Source of the DNA: Bacteroidota bacterium
GTDB taxonomy: Bacteria > Bacteroidota > Bacteroidia > NS11-12g > UBA955
DNA length: 64,000 nt
Reading direction: 5' to 3'
Assembly: GCA_005798825.1 (NCBI GenBank)
Contig: SYIL01000035.1
Location: 12,338-76,337 of the forward strand
Within the stretch, counting starts at the first letter, position 1, and every line of letters begins with the position of its first letter. The position numbers were made by a program, and so were the translations under genes. The notes under the pieces were generated by a model that was not told the DNA's origin, ran no database searches, and saw nothing but the letters and a program-made list of their open reading frames with translations. Shown here piece after piece: positions 53,201-62,179 of the stretch.

Positions 53201-53543
53201 ACCCTGCACTGGCAACAGCACTCACCATATTCATCCAATAGCCAGCATTTTCTGGGGACGATGCCATCAAAGAAAACAAGCGTCCGATCAATAAAAATAA
53301 AGGGGCTCCTGGTGGGTGAACCACTTGAAGTTTGTATGCAGCACTGGCAAATTCACCACAATCCCACAAACTTACACTGGGTTCTAGTGTGAGGGTATAT
53401 ACAAGAAGCGCAATCGCAAATACAAGCCATCCCATGATTTGATTTAACCACCCTCTTTGTCTCATTGCTATTTTATTGGTAGAGGAGGCAGAAGGGTTTT
53501 TTGATGATTCCATTTCTAGATCCTGAGGCGTTAAATTAGTCAT
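50274..53543 (-). CDS. DUF2723-domain large polytopic membrane protein (PMT/ArnT-like GT-C fold, listed in some resources as GT117) with a C-terminal TPR-like region
   Basis: The N-terminal motif is characteristic of DUF2723 (WLNQIMGWLVFAIALLVYTLTLEPSVSLWDCGEFASAAYKLQVVHPPGAPLF). More than 12 TM helices are predicted. The length is 1089 aa. Confidence 0.65.
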   Translation of the reverse strand: MTNLTPQDLEMESSKNPSASSTNKIAMRQRGWLNQIMGWLVFAIALLVYTLTLEPSVSLWDCGEFASAAYKLQVVHPPGAPLFLLIGRLFSLMASSPENAGYWMNMVSAVASAGCVMFTFWITTYFAERIVSDDNQFKTILVLGAGTVAALTNTFIDTFWFSAVESEVYALSSFFTTLTFWAVLRWWKTAEDIKSDRWLVFIAYLIGLSLGNHMLNMLVIPCVCLAYYFRKKTITPNGVLMALGAAAISLGFVMKIIYPGIPWLMARMDRLFVNDFGLPFYSGTIAAIVLIALLAGFLLFYTHSKGKRNWNIMVMSALCIIIGYSSYAMVIIRSKANPAIDMNNPEDPYKFYGYITREQYGDRPLIYGPYFNAPEDGTKSLGTRYFKGKNQYEEGGENYDYTYDDEYMTLFPRMGKSNKPNDARGFREYGGMSDVQNSIDEIQGLAQQQQRAMTEEEIQESEFLNYEKPTFLQNMKYFFNYQVRYMYLRYFMWNFVGRFNDQQAVMGNTRFDGNWYSGIPFIDCFVVGPRKGLPDFYKNQKGKNAYFFLPLLLGMLGLIWQATAKKYDFWLVMTLFIFTGLLINVYMNQPPYEPRERDYALVGSFQTFCIWVGLGVSALAEITRNFFRNNIATAVATAYAIVFSLLLVPGNMAYQNWDDHDRSGRSIGIDMAKNFLGNLEPNAILFCNGDNDTYPLWYAQNVEGFRKDVRIINQSLLPTDWYSSVLLNKVYASDPLPLTLTKKDLQTGSFDGGIEIVDPNGVTSLAAAVRQVIGENNLGDERNYLKARKVSFPVNRKAVIASGLVRGDDTSQIVNQIEYSIGGSYISKGDLVFMDLICENARQGWKRPIYFTSVSGYDFYDLNDYLQLEGLVYKFVPIRGGSNQRQPQRVAEDKLYKNLVKNYRYCGMKQKKNFFLDDKAAYVPGDLQQMASLLARTYLGKISVYNQYAKAVREKREDIPVPPGYASIDAFLAIEGKKIAGYRKKGIEVIGHILTEIPENAMPMRKEYKADYGLVLLELGDTKTAKKTLDLAVKDCTQFARYFVRWENETFGAREVQSSRETLKGIIDGCKQLGRKDWAAEYTKRSEGI

Positions 53544-53660
53544 TGTTCAGTATACAATTATTTTTAGGTTTGATTGATAGGCGAAAATAGTGATTTACAA
53601 CGCCAAATGAAAACGTGGAGACACATGTTTAACAAAAAAGTTGTGTGCTGGAAGCAAACA

Positions 53661-55205
53661 TTAGTTTATTGTAGCGGTGATTTTTTGGGCTGCAGTTTGC
53701 ATTCTGGCAATGGTAGAATCTCGACCCATTAGGGTTATCATGTCCCAAATGGGCGGACCGGTTGCTGCGCCACTTAGCGCCAATCGAAGAGGCTGGATCA
53801 TTTCACCTGTTTTGAGTAGATAGGTCTCACAGTATTCCTTAAATATTATTTCGAATGAAGCTGCATCTGCATTTTCGTGTAGCTTCCCAAATGCAAGCGA
53901 CAACCCCAAGATATTCTGCGCTGTATCTGGCTTCCATTTTTTTCGAATTACCTCTTCATCGTATACCTTGGGTTCGACAAAAAAATAATATCCCTCTTCT
54001 ACTATTTCCTTGGCAAATTGTACTTTTTCGCGCATCAATAGGATTACTTTCTCAATATACTCTTGCGTTGCCTCATATCCTTTTGAATCAATCAAGGGTT
54101 TCAATAAAATATACTGCTCTTCTAATGGCTTTGTCTGTAAGTATTGTTGGTTAAACCAAAACGCCTTTTGCAAATCAAATTTTGCCCCGCTTTTACTCAC
54201 CCTTTCTAAACTGAATTCAGCGATCAATTCTTCCATGCTAAACAATTCCTGATTCCCACTCGGATGCCAACCCAATAAAGCCAGCATATTGGCCACAGCT
54301 TCGGGATAATACCCACTTTCACTGTAACTGCTTATAGTCTCACCAGTATCAGGATCTTTCCAAGGCAATGCAAAAACAGGAAATCCCAAACGATCTCCGT
54401 CGCGCTTGCTCAACTTTCCATGACCTTCGGGTTTAAGTAATAGGGGAAGGTGCGCAAATGCCGGCATCGACTCCTCCCAACCCAAATAACGGTATAACAT
54501 AACATGAAGCGGTGCACTGGGCAACCACTCTTCACCGCGAATTACATGGCTAATTTTCATCAGGTAGTCATCAACTACATTGGCCAAATGGTAGGTTGGC
54601 ATTGCATCGCCCTTCAACAATACTTTATCATCCATTGTAGAGGTATTTACAAGAACCCATCCACGAATTATATCAAAAAACCGAAGCTCTTCTTTGCGAG
54701 GCAATTTGATGCGAATCACATAATTGTCTGCCGCTTCAATTTTGGCTTTTACCTCATCTGCAGACATGGTAAGAGAATTTCTCATCCCCATGCGACTAAC
54801 AGAATCATAGGCTGGTTGCATTTTGCTTGCTTCAAGGCGCTTGCGCATTTGATCCAATTCATCCTCAGTGTCAAAGGCATAATAAGCAAATCCCTTTTCG
54901 ACCAAATCAAAGGCATATTGTGCATATATGGATTTGCGCTCACTTTGTCGGTAAGGAGCGAAGGGACCCCCTTGCTCAGGGCCCTCGTCAACCTCTATCC
55001 CAACCCATTTTAGACTATCTATAATATACTGTTCAGCTCCGGGGACAAACCGATTTTGATCTGTATCTTCAATACGCAAAACGAGGGTGCCTGACATTTT
55101 TCGGGCCAATAAATAATTATACAAAGCCGTTCGAACCCCTCCAATATGCAAGGGGCCCGTTGGACTTGGTGCAAAACGAACGCGAACAGGTCTTTCTATG
55201 CTCAT
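53661..55205 (-). CDS. gltX: Glutamyl-tRNA synthetase
   Basis: The HIGH motif is present (RFAPSPTGPLHIGGVRTALYNYL). The KMSKS-like LSKRDGD motif is present. The length is 514 aa. Confidence 0.9.
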   Translation of the reverse strand: MSIERPVRVRFAPSPTGPLHIGGVRTALYNYLLARKMSGTLVLRIEDTDQNRFVPGAEQYIIDSLKWVGIEVDEGPEQGGPFAPYRQSERKSIYAQYAFDLVEKGFAYYAFDTEDELDQMRKRLEASKMQPAYDSVSRMGMRNSLTMSADEVKAKIEAADNYVIRIKLPRKEELRFFDIIRGWVLVNTSTMDDKVLLKGDAMPTYHLANVVDDYLMKISHVIRGEEWLPSAPLHVMLYRYLGWEESMPAFAHLPLLLKPEGHGKLSKRDGDRLGFPVFALPWKDPDTGETISSYSESGYYPEAVANMLALLGWHPSGNQELFSMEELIAEFSLERVSKSGAKFDLQKAFWFNQQYLQTKPLEEQYILLKPLIDSKGYEATQEYIEKVILLMREKVQFAKEIVEEGYYFFVEPKVYDEEVIRKKWKPDTAQNILGLSLAFGKLHENADAASFEIIFKEYCETYLLKTGEMIQPLRLALSGAATGPPIWDMITLMGRDSTIARMQTAAQKITATIN

Positions 55206-55215
55206 AAATTGAGTA

Positions 55216-55233
55216 CAAAGTTAACTATCTTTG
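55216..55233. promoter_or_regulatory. Face-to-face candidate -7 elements for the divergent gltX (minus strand, TAACTTTG) and yqeY (plus strand, TATCTTTG) promoters
   Basis: caaagttaac tatctttg spans 55216-55233 within a 32-bp divergent intergenic region. Confidence 0.3.
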
Positions 55234-55237
55234 TTTG

Positions 55238-55684
55238 ATGTCATTAGTCGAACAAGTAAGTGCTGGAATCATGGAAGCGATGAAAGCGAAAAATACAGAC
55301 CGTTTAAGGGCTTTACGGAGTATAAAAAGCACTTTTTTGTTGTTAAAAAGTGCTGAGGGTGCCGGTGAGGTGACCGATGAGCTTTGTATAAAAGCCTTGC
55401 AAAAAATGGCCAAACAACGCAAAGACAGTTTGGATATTTATATAGAACAAGGTCGTGAAGACCTGGCTCTTGTTGAACATTCCGACCTGGCTGTTATCAA
55501 TGGTTTTCTACCAACCCAATTAAGTCAATCCGAAATCGAAGCTCGGGTGAAACAACTGATCAGTGAAACTGGTTCCCTTTCTTTGAAAGACTTGGGCAAG
55601 GTAATGCCCTTGGCCATGAAATCGATGGTTGGAATTGCCGACGGAAAACTCATCAGTGAAACTGTAAAAAAACTCTTGACCTAA
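55238..55684 (+). CDS. GatB/YqeY domain protein
   Basis: The length is 148 aa and the helical YqeY signature is present (LKSAEG...IEARVKQLI). The ORF-track start at 55235 is a TTG. Confidence 0.65.
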   Translation: MSLVEQVSAGIMEAMKAKNTDRLRALRSIKSTFLLLKSAEGAGEVTDELCIKALQKMAKQRKDSLDIYIEQGREDLALVEHSDLAVINGFLPTQLSQSEIEARVKQLISETGSLSLKDLGKVMPLAMKSMVGIADGKLISETVKKLLT

Positions 55685-55709
55685 TATGCGGTTTACGCAT
55701 AAAAACCCC

Positions 55710-56837
55710 TTATTTCTTGAATGGATTTCCGTAGGCCGGATTACGTAAAAAAACTGTATCGGTCATTGTGAGAAGAAATGCTTTTAAATCTGTTTTCTGC
55801 TCCGCAGATAAATTTAATTGCTGATTACTGTGCGCAGACATCATGGGATTTAACGTTGCAGACTGGAATTGAACATTGTCACTATAGTGATTGATGACCT
55901 GTTCTAACGTTGTAAAACGACCGTCGTGCATATAGGGTCCACTGACTGCGATATTGAGCAAAGTAGGCGTTTTGAAGGTGCCTCTATCCATGGCTCGATT
56001 TGTTATGCCACCATACCCTTTATCAATAAAATTAGCATCCAATCCATTATTGGCTATCCCTCCCATATTGGGATTATTCTGCTGCGCCAAAGCACCACCA
56101 TGGCAATGAAAACAATCCGCACCCGAAGTCAATCCTGATGACGCATCAAAATTTACAAGCCCGTTGAACAGTAAAGCACCCCGTTTTTCCGCATTGGTCA
56201 ACAAGGAAAATTTGCCGGGGAAAAAATCAACAAATCGACTATTTTTACTGACCAATGTCATCAAAAATAACTCTAAGGCTTTTGACATATCAAATATATT
56301 GGGTTGACTGCCGAAAGCTTTGTCAAAATACGCAACGTATCGGGGTGTTTTTGCCAATTTTTGCGACAATACAGGCAGCGTCATTGCCATTTCATTATGG
56401 GCTTGAATGGGCTCAAATACAAGCTCTCGCAAGGAATTTTGACGTGCGTCCCAGAAAAACTTTTTGCTGTAGGCTAGATTAACAAGGGTCGAACTATTCC
56501 TGGTCGTTCCAAAACCATAAATACCTGAACTGAAGGGTTTAGAATCTGCAAATGCATTCTTTTGTGAATGACAAGATCCGCAAGAAATAGTACTATCAAA
56601 AGACAAAATAGGGTCGTAAAACAACATTCTTCCCAAATAAATACCCTCTACGGTGAAAGGATTGTCAATGGGCAAGGAAGGCATTCCAAATATTGATTCA
56701 GGAAATACATCAGCAGGGTTAACAATTGTTGCCTTAAATTGCGTTTTTGTACCAGGCAAATCTGGCAAATCTGAATCGCGACGGCAACCGACCAAAATGA
56801 CAATTGCCGTTAAACACAACAGAATAATCCTAGACAT
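55710..56837 (-). CDS. Di-haem cytochrome c peroxidase (CCP/MauG/MbnH family), lipoprotein
   Basis: Two CxxCH haem motifs are present (CGSCH and CFHCH). A lipobox is present (LVGC). The length is 375 aa. Confidence 0.8.
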   Translation of the reverse strand: MSRIILLCLTAIVILVGCRRDSDLPDLPGTKTQFKATIVNPADVFPESIFGMPSLPIDNPFTVEGIYLGRMLFYDPILSFDSTISCGSCHSQKNAFADSKPFSSGIYGFGTTRNSSTLVNLAYSKKFFWDARQNSLRELVFEPIQAHNEMAMTLPVLSQKLAKTPRYVAYFDKAFGSQPNIFDMSKALELFLMTLVSKNSRFVDFFPGKFSLLTNAEKRGALLFNGLVNFDASSGLTSGADCFHCHGGALAQQNNPNMGGIANNGLDANFIDKGYGGITNRAMDRGTFKTPTLLNIAVSGPYMHDGRFTTLEQVINHYSDNVQFQSATLNPMMSAHSNQQLNLSAEQKTDLKAFLLTMTDTVFLRNPAYGNPFKK

Positions 56838-56845
56838 AAAAATTG

Positions 56846-57673
56846 TTATGGAATACTGGAAAATCCAAATGCATTGTATTTGGTGAGATTCGATAGAAAT
56901 TTATCCATTAACTGCAATTCTTTCACCCCTTCTGAATGCGAAACTGACCCTTTTTTTAATTCAATCGTATTGAACAACTGATCCACTTGGTATTTCAATA
57001 CCACTTTGCTGATGGCTCCATCAACAACAGAAAAGCTTCCCGAAGAATTAGAAACCGAAACAACAAAATTTCGCTTTAAATTATCACCCGCTGTATGAAA
57101 ACTCAATCCCTTGCTGTATTTATCTGTTGTGCTGTCTTTATAATTACCATCAATTGCTTGAAAAATATACCCACCAGACCAACCCCAATGCATACCCGAT
57201 AGATTTCCGTTCAGGGGATGCTCAGGACCCCACTGATTGGGATTTCCATGATTTATATCGTAATCCAATCCCAAGCTAAACTGCAATGATTTGTAATTGC
57301 CTTTGGGAATTTCATAATGAAAGCGGGTACGGCCTTGTTTGAAATCAATCCACTGATATCCGTCCCCCAACAAAACCACCGTTCCATCTTCTTTAATCAA
57401 GGACAATTTGGATATGATCATTCCAAAATTGATAAATTGTAAGTACTCAGGTTGTGCAGTTGACCCTTGACTGGGGTTGTTTTTATAATAATCCCCCAGA
57501 AAAACAATGGGGTTTTTATCCCACATTGCAGAAAAATTTACTTCAACTCCAGTTACAATATCCTTTGGAGGGGGCTGAGCAATTGGACTTTCACAAGATT
57601 GAAATACCAATAAAAAGAAAAAAACTCCAACAAAAATTAATTTTTTTAGGGTTCTTGTGAACAGTGCTTTCAT
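56846..57673 (-). CDS. Lipoprotein, putative MbnP-family partner of the di-haem peroxidase
   Basis: A signal peptide with a lipobox is present (LVFQSC). A Trp-rich segment is present (GMHWGWSGGY). It lies immediately upstream of the CCP gene with a 9-nt gap. The family call is from memory of MbnP/MbnH pairing and is not verified. Confidence 0.4.
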   Translation of the reverse strand: MKALFTRTLKKLIFVGVFFFLLVFQSCESPIAQPPPKDIVTGVEVNFSAMWDKNPIVFLGDYYKNNPSQGSTAQPEYLQFINFGMIISKLSLIKEDGTVVLLGDGYQWIDFKQGRTRFHYEIPKGNYKSLQFSLGLDYDINHGNPNQWGPEHPLNGNLSGMHWGWSGGYIFQAIDGNYKDSTTDKYSKGLSFHTAGDNLKRNFVVSVSNSSGSFSVVDGAISKVVLKYQVDQLFNTIELKKGSVSHSEGVKELQLMDKFLSNLTKYNAFGFSSIP

Positions 57674-59604
57674 TTTTGCAATTTTATAATCTTATACGAA
57701 TATACAAAGTTATTATCGTTTACCAGTAAAAAATAGGGTCCGCTAGGCCAAGTATCCATCGAAATCGCAAGGCCATTAATTGAAGTTTCCTGATTGCGAC
57801 CTGACCAAAATTTTTGGCCTAAGGCATCATAAATAACCCCTTCAAAATTAGAAGGATTGCGTGCAAATATTGTTGCCATGCCGGTCACAGGATTTGGATA
57901 GACCATGAAAGGTTCATTCTGAATCTTATCCATGTTCAATCCCCCTATACTGGCTTTTGCCAGCACCTTTACAAAGGGATCAAAAATCATTGAATCTGCG
58001 GAAAAAGACAAGTTGATCTCCCTTTCATAATGCAAAGAAACTGGCTCCAATACAATCAAAGTATCCAGGCCTCTTCCTTGAATTAACAGTGGCACTTTGC
58101 AATTCCAAAACGGAACACTCGAATTTGAAGGGATTTGGTCTACGATTATTTTCATTTGACTGCCCCGCTGTTGCCAGTTGATTTTTAGATATGGAAAACC
58201 CTCTCCATAATACCATTGGGTAAAAAAAGTATCCAATTTGCGTCCACTCGCTTGCTCCATTGATGATTTAAGGGCAGGGGTATGCCCAAATCCATACGCA
58301 CGATCCGATCCATTAAGGTATATTCTACATCCCATAAAAAATGCCGAATCGCCAATTTTATCTCGCAACATATGCAATACCCAAGCCCCCTTATTATAGG
58401 TAAGTCGTCCGTTAAAAAGGCCCCCCACAGAAAGAGTGTCTTTGGGAAATACACTCCCATTGTCTTTCCCGGTAATATCTCCCCTCATCCCCCTCAAGCG
58501 TTGGTAAGAGTCTTCCTTGGATTTTAAATACTCTACGGCAATTGTGTTCAAATACGTTGCAAACCCCTCATTTAACCATAGGTCTTGCCAACTTCCACAG
58601 GTAACCATATCGCCAAACCACATGTGCGCCACTTCATGTGCCATCAAATCAAATGAAAAATTTACCATGAAACTCATGGTTTGGTGTTCCATCCCGCCGC
58701 CCCAGGTAAATTGGGCATGTCCATATTTTTCCTTGGCAAAGGGATAGCGCACAAATAAACTGTCAAACAGACGCAATAAGGGCAAAACACCCTTGGTTTC
58801 CTGCTTGGCTGTATTCAAGAATTGGGGAAATACATAATTTAAAACCGGCATGGGTTTGCCACCGCCCGCCCAATAGACAGAATCGGTATATTCGGCATAA
58901 TTGGTTACGGCGATTGCCACCAAATAAGTAGCAATCGGATAACGGTGTTTCCAAATATAGAGTTGCGAAGTATCATTAATAACTTTACTGCGAACAAGCA
59001 GCCCATTGGATGCTACCTTCATTCCTGTATCCGTATAGACCCAAATATCGATGCTGTCAATTTTGTCGTGCAACGATTGCTTGCAAGGCCACCAATACTG
59101 CGCTCCATAGGGCTCGCTGAGGGTATGCACAATAGGACCTTTCATATGATTGTCATAGACAAAATAACCAAAACCCCCATTGTTCACTGGATTGCCTTGG
59201 TATCGAATACCTATAGAATCTCGCTCACCCACCTTCCACCCCTGTTTCTTATAGACATACATATAATTTCCCGCTCTGCGAAACGCCAAATTGCCAGAAG
59301 CACTGTATACCTGATCTACAAAAAGTTTATCTGATAAATCAAAACCAACAGAATCAGTAAGGCTTGTTACCGTAAAATGGGCCATAACATCGCCTTTGAA
59401 ATAGGGCCCACGCCTGGGATTAACCCACCATTTGCAACGATAATAGTCGATTAAATATCCATGTTTTACCCCCGAATTACTGCGTCGTTCCAGGCGATTT
59501 AACATCTGGCTCCGCTCTTTGCAAATCCATTCTTCAGGCAACTCCTGCGCCAAAAGATTGGCGCAAAACAAAAATAATGCTGCCATCACACCCCAAAACT
59601 TCAT
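57670..59604 (-). CDS. M1-family zinc metallopeptidase (aminopeptidase N-like) with a T9SS C-terminal sorting domain
   Basis: The HEXXH...E zinc site is present (HEVAHMWFGDMVTCGSWQDLWLNEGFA). A signal peptide is present. The C-terminal roughly 80 aa begin YPNPV. There is a 4-nt overlap (ATGA) with the downstream lipoprotein gene. Confidence 0.8.
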   Translation of the reverse strand: MKFWGVMAALFLFCANLLAQELPEEWICKERSQMLNRLERRSNSGVKHGYLIDYYRCKWWVNPRRGPYFKGDVMAHFTVTSLTDSVGFDLSDKLFVDQVYSASGNLAFRRAGNYMYVYKKQGWKVGERDSIGIRYQGNPVNNGGFGYFVYDNHMKGPIVHTLSEPYGAQYWWPCKQSLHDKIDSIDIWVYTDTGMKVASNGLLVRSKVINDTSQLYIWKHRYPIATYLVAIAVTNYAEYTDSVYWAGGGKPMPVLNYVFPQFLNTAKQETKGVLPLLRLFDSLFVRYPFAKEKYGHAQFTWGGGMEHQTMSFMVNFSFDLMAHEVAHMWFGDMVTCGSWQDLWLNEGFATYLNTIAVEYLKSKEDSYQRLRGMRGDITGKDNGSVFPKDTLSVGGLFNGRLTYNKGAWVLHMLRDKIGDSAFFMGCRIYLNGSDRAYGFGHTPALKSSMEQASGRKLDTFFTQWYYGEGFPYLKINWQQRGSQMKIIVDQIPSNSSVPFWNCKVPLLIQGRGLDTLIVLEPVSLHYEREINLSFSADSMIFDPFVKVLAKASIGGLNMDKIQNEPFMVYPNPVTGMATIFARNPSNFEGVIYDALGQKFWSGRNQETSINGLAISMDTWPSGPYFLLVNDNNFVYSYKIIKLQK

Positions 59605-59651
59605 TCATGCAAAGTTCAGAAAAAAATCTCTGCATCCAATTAAATTTTCAC

Positions 59652-60632
59652 ATGTACAATCAAGCCTACCTTTGCTCCGTGAAATTCAAATGGGTCCCCT
59701 TGTTCTTGATTGTGCTTTTGGGATGTATTTGGGGAAGTTCTTTCTTTTTAATAAAACGTGGTCTGCTTGTTTTCTCTCCAATTCAAGTTGCCGGTCTGCG
59801 ACTTTTTTTCGCAGGTATCGTTCTCGTTCCTTGGATCTACCGATATTCTTTTGGATCCAAATCTACCATCATAAATAAACAAACAGGGACTCTAGAATCT
59901 CTTATTAAACGCAAAGATTATCTATTTTTATTTCTCATTGGCTTATTGGGAAATGCAATCCCTGCTTTTTTATTTAGCAAAGCAGGAGAATTAATTCCCA
60001 GCGGTTTGAGCGGAATTCTAAATGCATTTACACCCATTTTTACCCTGATTCTTGGTATACTATTGTATAAGGAAAAAGCTACTAAAAATGGATTATACGG
60101 CGTTTTTGTGGGTGTATTGGGTGCTGTATTTTTATTGGGCCCTTCTATTCTGGGTCAAAAAGGAATGCACCTAAATCTGGATGGTGTTCTAATGGCACTA
60201 CTGGCATCTATGCTCTATGGGTATAACATAAATTTAATAAAAATAAAATTAGCGCATATTCCACCCATGGCAAAAACTGCGTTTCCTTTTTTTTTCATGG
60301 CTATTGTATATGCCTTTGTATTATGGAGAACGGATGTTTGGGGAACTTTCCAAGCCCACAATGAATTACCGAATGGAGAATGGTTGCCATTAAATCAAAA
60401 AGCCTTGGGTTGTTTAATTTTATTAGGGGTTTTGGGTTCGGCTATATCAATGGTTTTATTCAATTATCTCATTGAGCATACCACCGCTTTGGTTGCCTCA
60501 ACCAATACCTTTATCATTCCAATCGTGGCCGTTGCCTGGGGATTAATAGACCATGAAGCGATTCAATGGAACATGGTTGCTGGACTTGCACTTTCTTTGG
60601 TTGGCGTTTATTTGGTAATGAAAAAGAAGTAG
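59652..60632 (+). CDS. EamA/DMT-family transporter
   Basis: Ten TM helices are predicted. The N-terminus [19 protein letters not shown] is typical of EamA. The ORF track starts earlier (59577). Confidence 0.6.
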   Translation: MYNQAYLCSVKFKWVPLFLIVLLGCIWGSSFFLIKRGLLVFSPIQVAGLRLFFAGIVLVPWIYRYSFGSKSTIINKQTGTLESLIKRKDYLFLFLIGLLGNAIPAFLFSKAGELIPSGLSGILNAFTPIFTLILGILLYKEKATKNGLYGVFVGVLGAVFLLGPSILGQKGMHLNLDGVLMALLASMLYGYNINLIKIKLAHIPPMAKTAFPFFFMAIVYAFVLWRTDVWGTFQAHNELPNGEWLPLNQKALGCLILLGVLGSAISMVLFNYLIEHTTALVASTNTFIIPIVAVAWGLIDHEAIQWNMVAGLALSLVGVYLVMKKK

Positions 60633-60643
60633 ATTCGCATGCC

Positions 60644-62179
60644 ATGAATACACAAAAAATTCTATCTGCATTTGGCATTGGAGAATATCTATCTTCTGCG
60701 AGTACAGGAATAAATTGGATCCAGGCAAGACCAGGCAGAACCAGAAAAATTCACTCTCCAGTAGATGGCAAAATACTTACAACTGTTCAATTTTCAGACC
60801 TTAAAACCTATAATTTCGTTATTGAAACAGCCCAAAAAGCCTTCCTTGAATGGCGGACAATACCAGCACCCAAACGTGGAGAAATTGTGCGGCAAATTGG
60901 AAATGCGCTTCGAATAAACAAAGCAAATTTGGGTGCATTGGTAAGTTATGAAATGGGTAAAAGCCTTCAAGAAGGATTGGGTGAAGTGCAAGAAATGATT
61001 GATATCTGTGATTTTGCGGTAGGATTAAGCCGCCAGTTACATGGTTTGACCATGCATTCTGAAAGACCCAATCACCGCATGTATGAACAATGGCACCCAT
61101 TGGGCATAGTCGGCATTATCAGTGCCTTTAACTTCCCTGTTGCGGTTTGGAGTTGGAATGCTATGTTGGCTGTTATCTGTGGAAATGTTTGCGTATGGAA
61201 ACCTTCCGAAAAAACACCTGCCAGTGCAGCAGCCGTTCAATTCATACTGCAGTCTGTACTGAAAACCCATGCGGTTCCAGAGGGAGTTTTTTGCTTGGTT
61301 CAGGGAGACAGCGAAATTGGAGAAGCCATGAGCCACGATATTCGGGTTCCCTTAATAAGTGCGACTGGAAGCACACGAATGGGAAAACGATTGGCTGAAG
61401 TAACTGGTAAACGATTGGGAAAAACCCTATTAGAATTAGGCGGTAACAATGCCATCATCATAACACCCAATGCAAACCTTGATTTAGCCATGCTTGCCAT
61501 GGTTTTTGGTGCCGTTGGCACAGCGGGACAGCGCTGTACAAGCACACGTCGCTTAATTATTCACCACAGTATTTATGAAACCGTTAAAGAAAAATTGACG
61601 CGAGCCTACAGCCAACTTAAAATAGGCAATCCGCTCGATGAAAAAAATCACGTGGGCCCATTAATTGATTCCGATGCTGTTAATATGTATTTAAAAGCCA
61701 TTGAACAGTTACGCAAAGAGGGGGGCAATGTACTTTGTGGAAACACCGTACTTCAGGGTGATTCCTATAAAAGTGGCTGTTATGTATTGCCGACAATCTG
61801 TGAGGCACAACCCAATTATAGCATAGTTCAAGAGGAGACATTTGCGCCCATACTGTATTTGCTGCGTTATGATTCTCTTGAAGAGGCAATTGCAATACAG
61901 AACCATGTGAAACAGGGTTTATCCAGTGCAATTTTTACTGATTCAATTCAAGAAGCAGAACAATTTTTGGGCTGTATGGGTTCGGATTGCGGAATTGCAA
62001 ATGTGAATATTGGAACCTCAGGTGCTGAGATTGGGGGAGCATTTGGTGGTGAAAAAGAAACCGGTGGAGGAAGAGAAAGTGGTTCTGATGCCTGGAGGGT
62101 GTATATGCGTCGCCAAACAAATACCATTAATTATGGAAATGATTTACCCCTGGCCCAAGGTATTCAATTTGATTTATAA
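60644..62179 (+). CDS. Aldehyde dehydrogenase, ALDH7-type (aminoadipate-semialdehyde/piperideine-6-carboxylate dehydrogenase-like)
   Basis: ELGGNNA and the catalytic Cys motif [10 protein letters not shown] are present. The length is about 511 aa from the ATG at 60644. Confidence 0.75.
   Translation: MNTQKILSAFGIGEYLSSASTGINWIQARPGRTRKIHSPVDGKILTTVQFSDLKTYNFVIETAQKAFLEWRTIPAPKRGEIVRQIGNALRINKANLGALVSYEMGKSLQEGLGEVQEMIDICDFAVGLSRQLHGLTMHSERPNHRMYEQWHPLGIVGIISAFNFPVAVWSWNAMLAVICGNVCVWKPSEKTPASAAAVQFILQSVLKTHAVPEGVFCLVQGDSEIGEAMSHDIRVPLISATGSTRMGKRLAEVTGKRLGKTLLELGGNNAIIITPNANLDLAMLAMVFGAVGTAGQRCTSTRRLIIHHSIYETVKEKLTRAYSQLKIGNPLDEKNHVGPLIDSDAVNMYLKAIEQLRKEGGNVLCGNTVLQGDSYKSGCYVLPTICEAQPNYSIVQEETFAPILYLLRYDSLEEAIAIQNHVKQGLSSAIFTDSIQEAEQFLGCMGSDCGIANVNIGTSGAEIGGAFGGEKETGGGRESGSDAWRVYMRRQTNTINYGNDLPLAQGIQFDL

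Noticed and set aside
55685-55706. Hairpin tatgcg-gttta-cgcata between yqeY and the CCP gene as a possible terminator
   Set aside because: The hairpin is followed by an A-run on the plus strand and preceded by the U-run on the minus-strand transcript. So it does not fit a canonical intrinsic terminator in either orientation.
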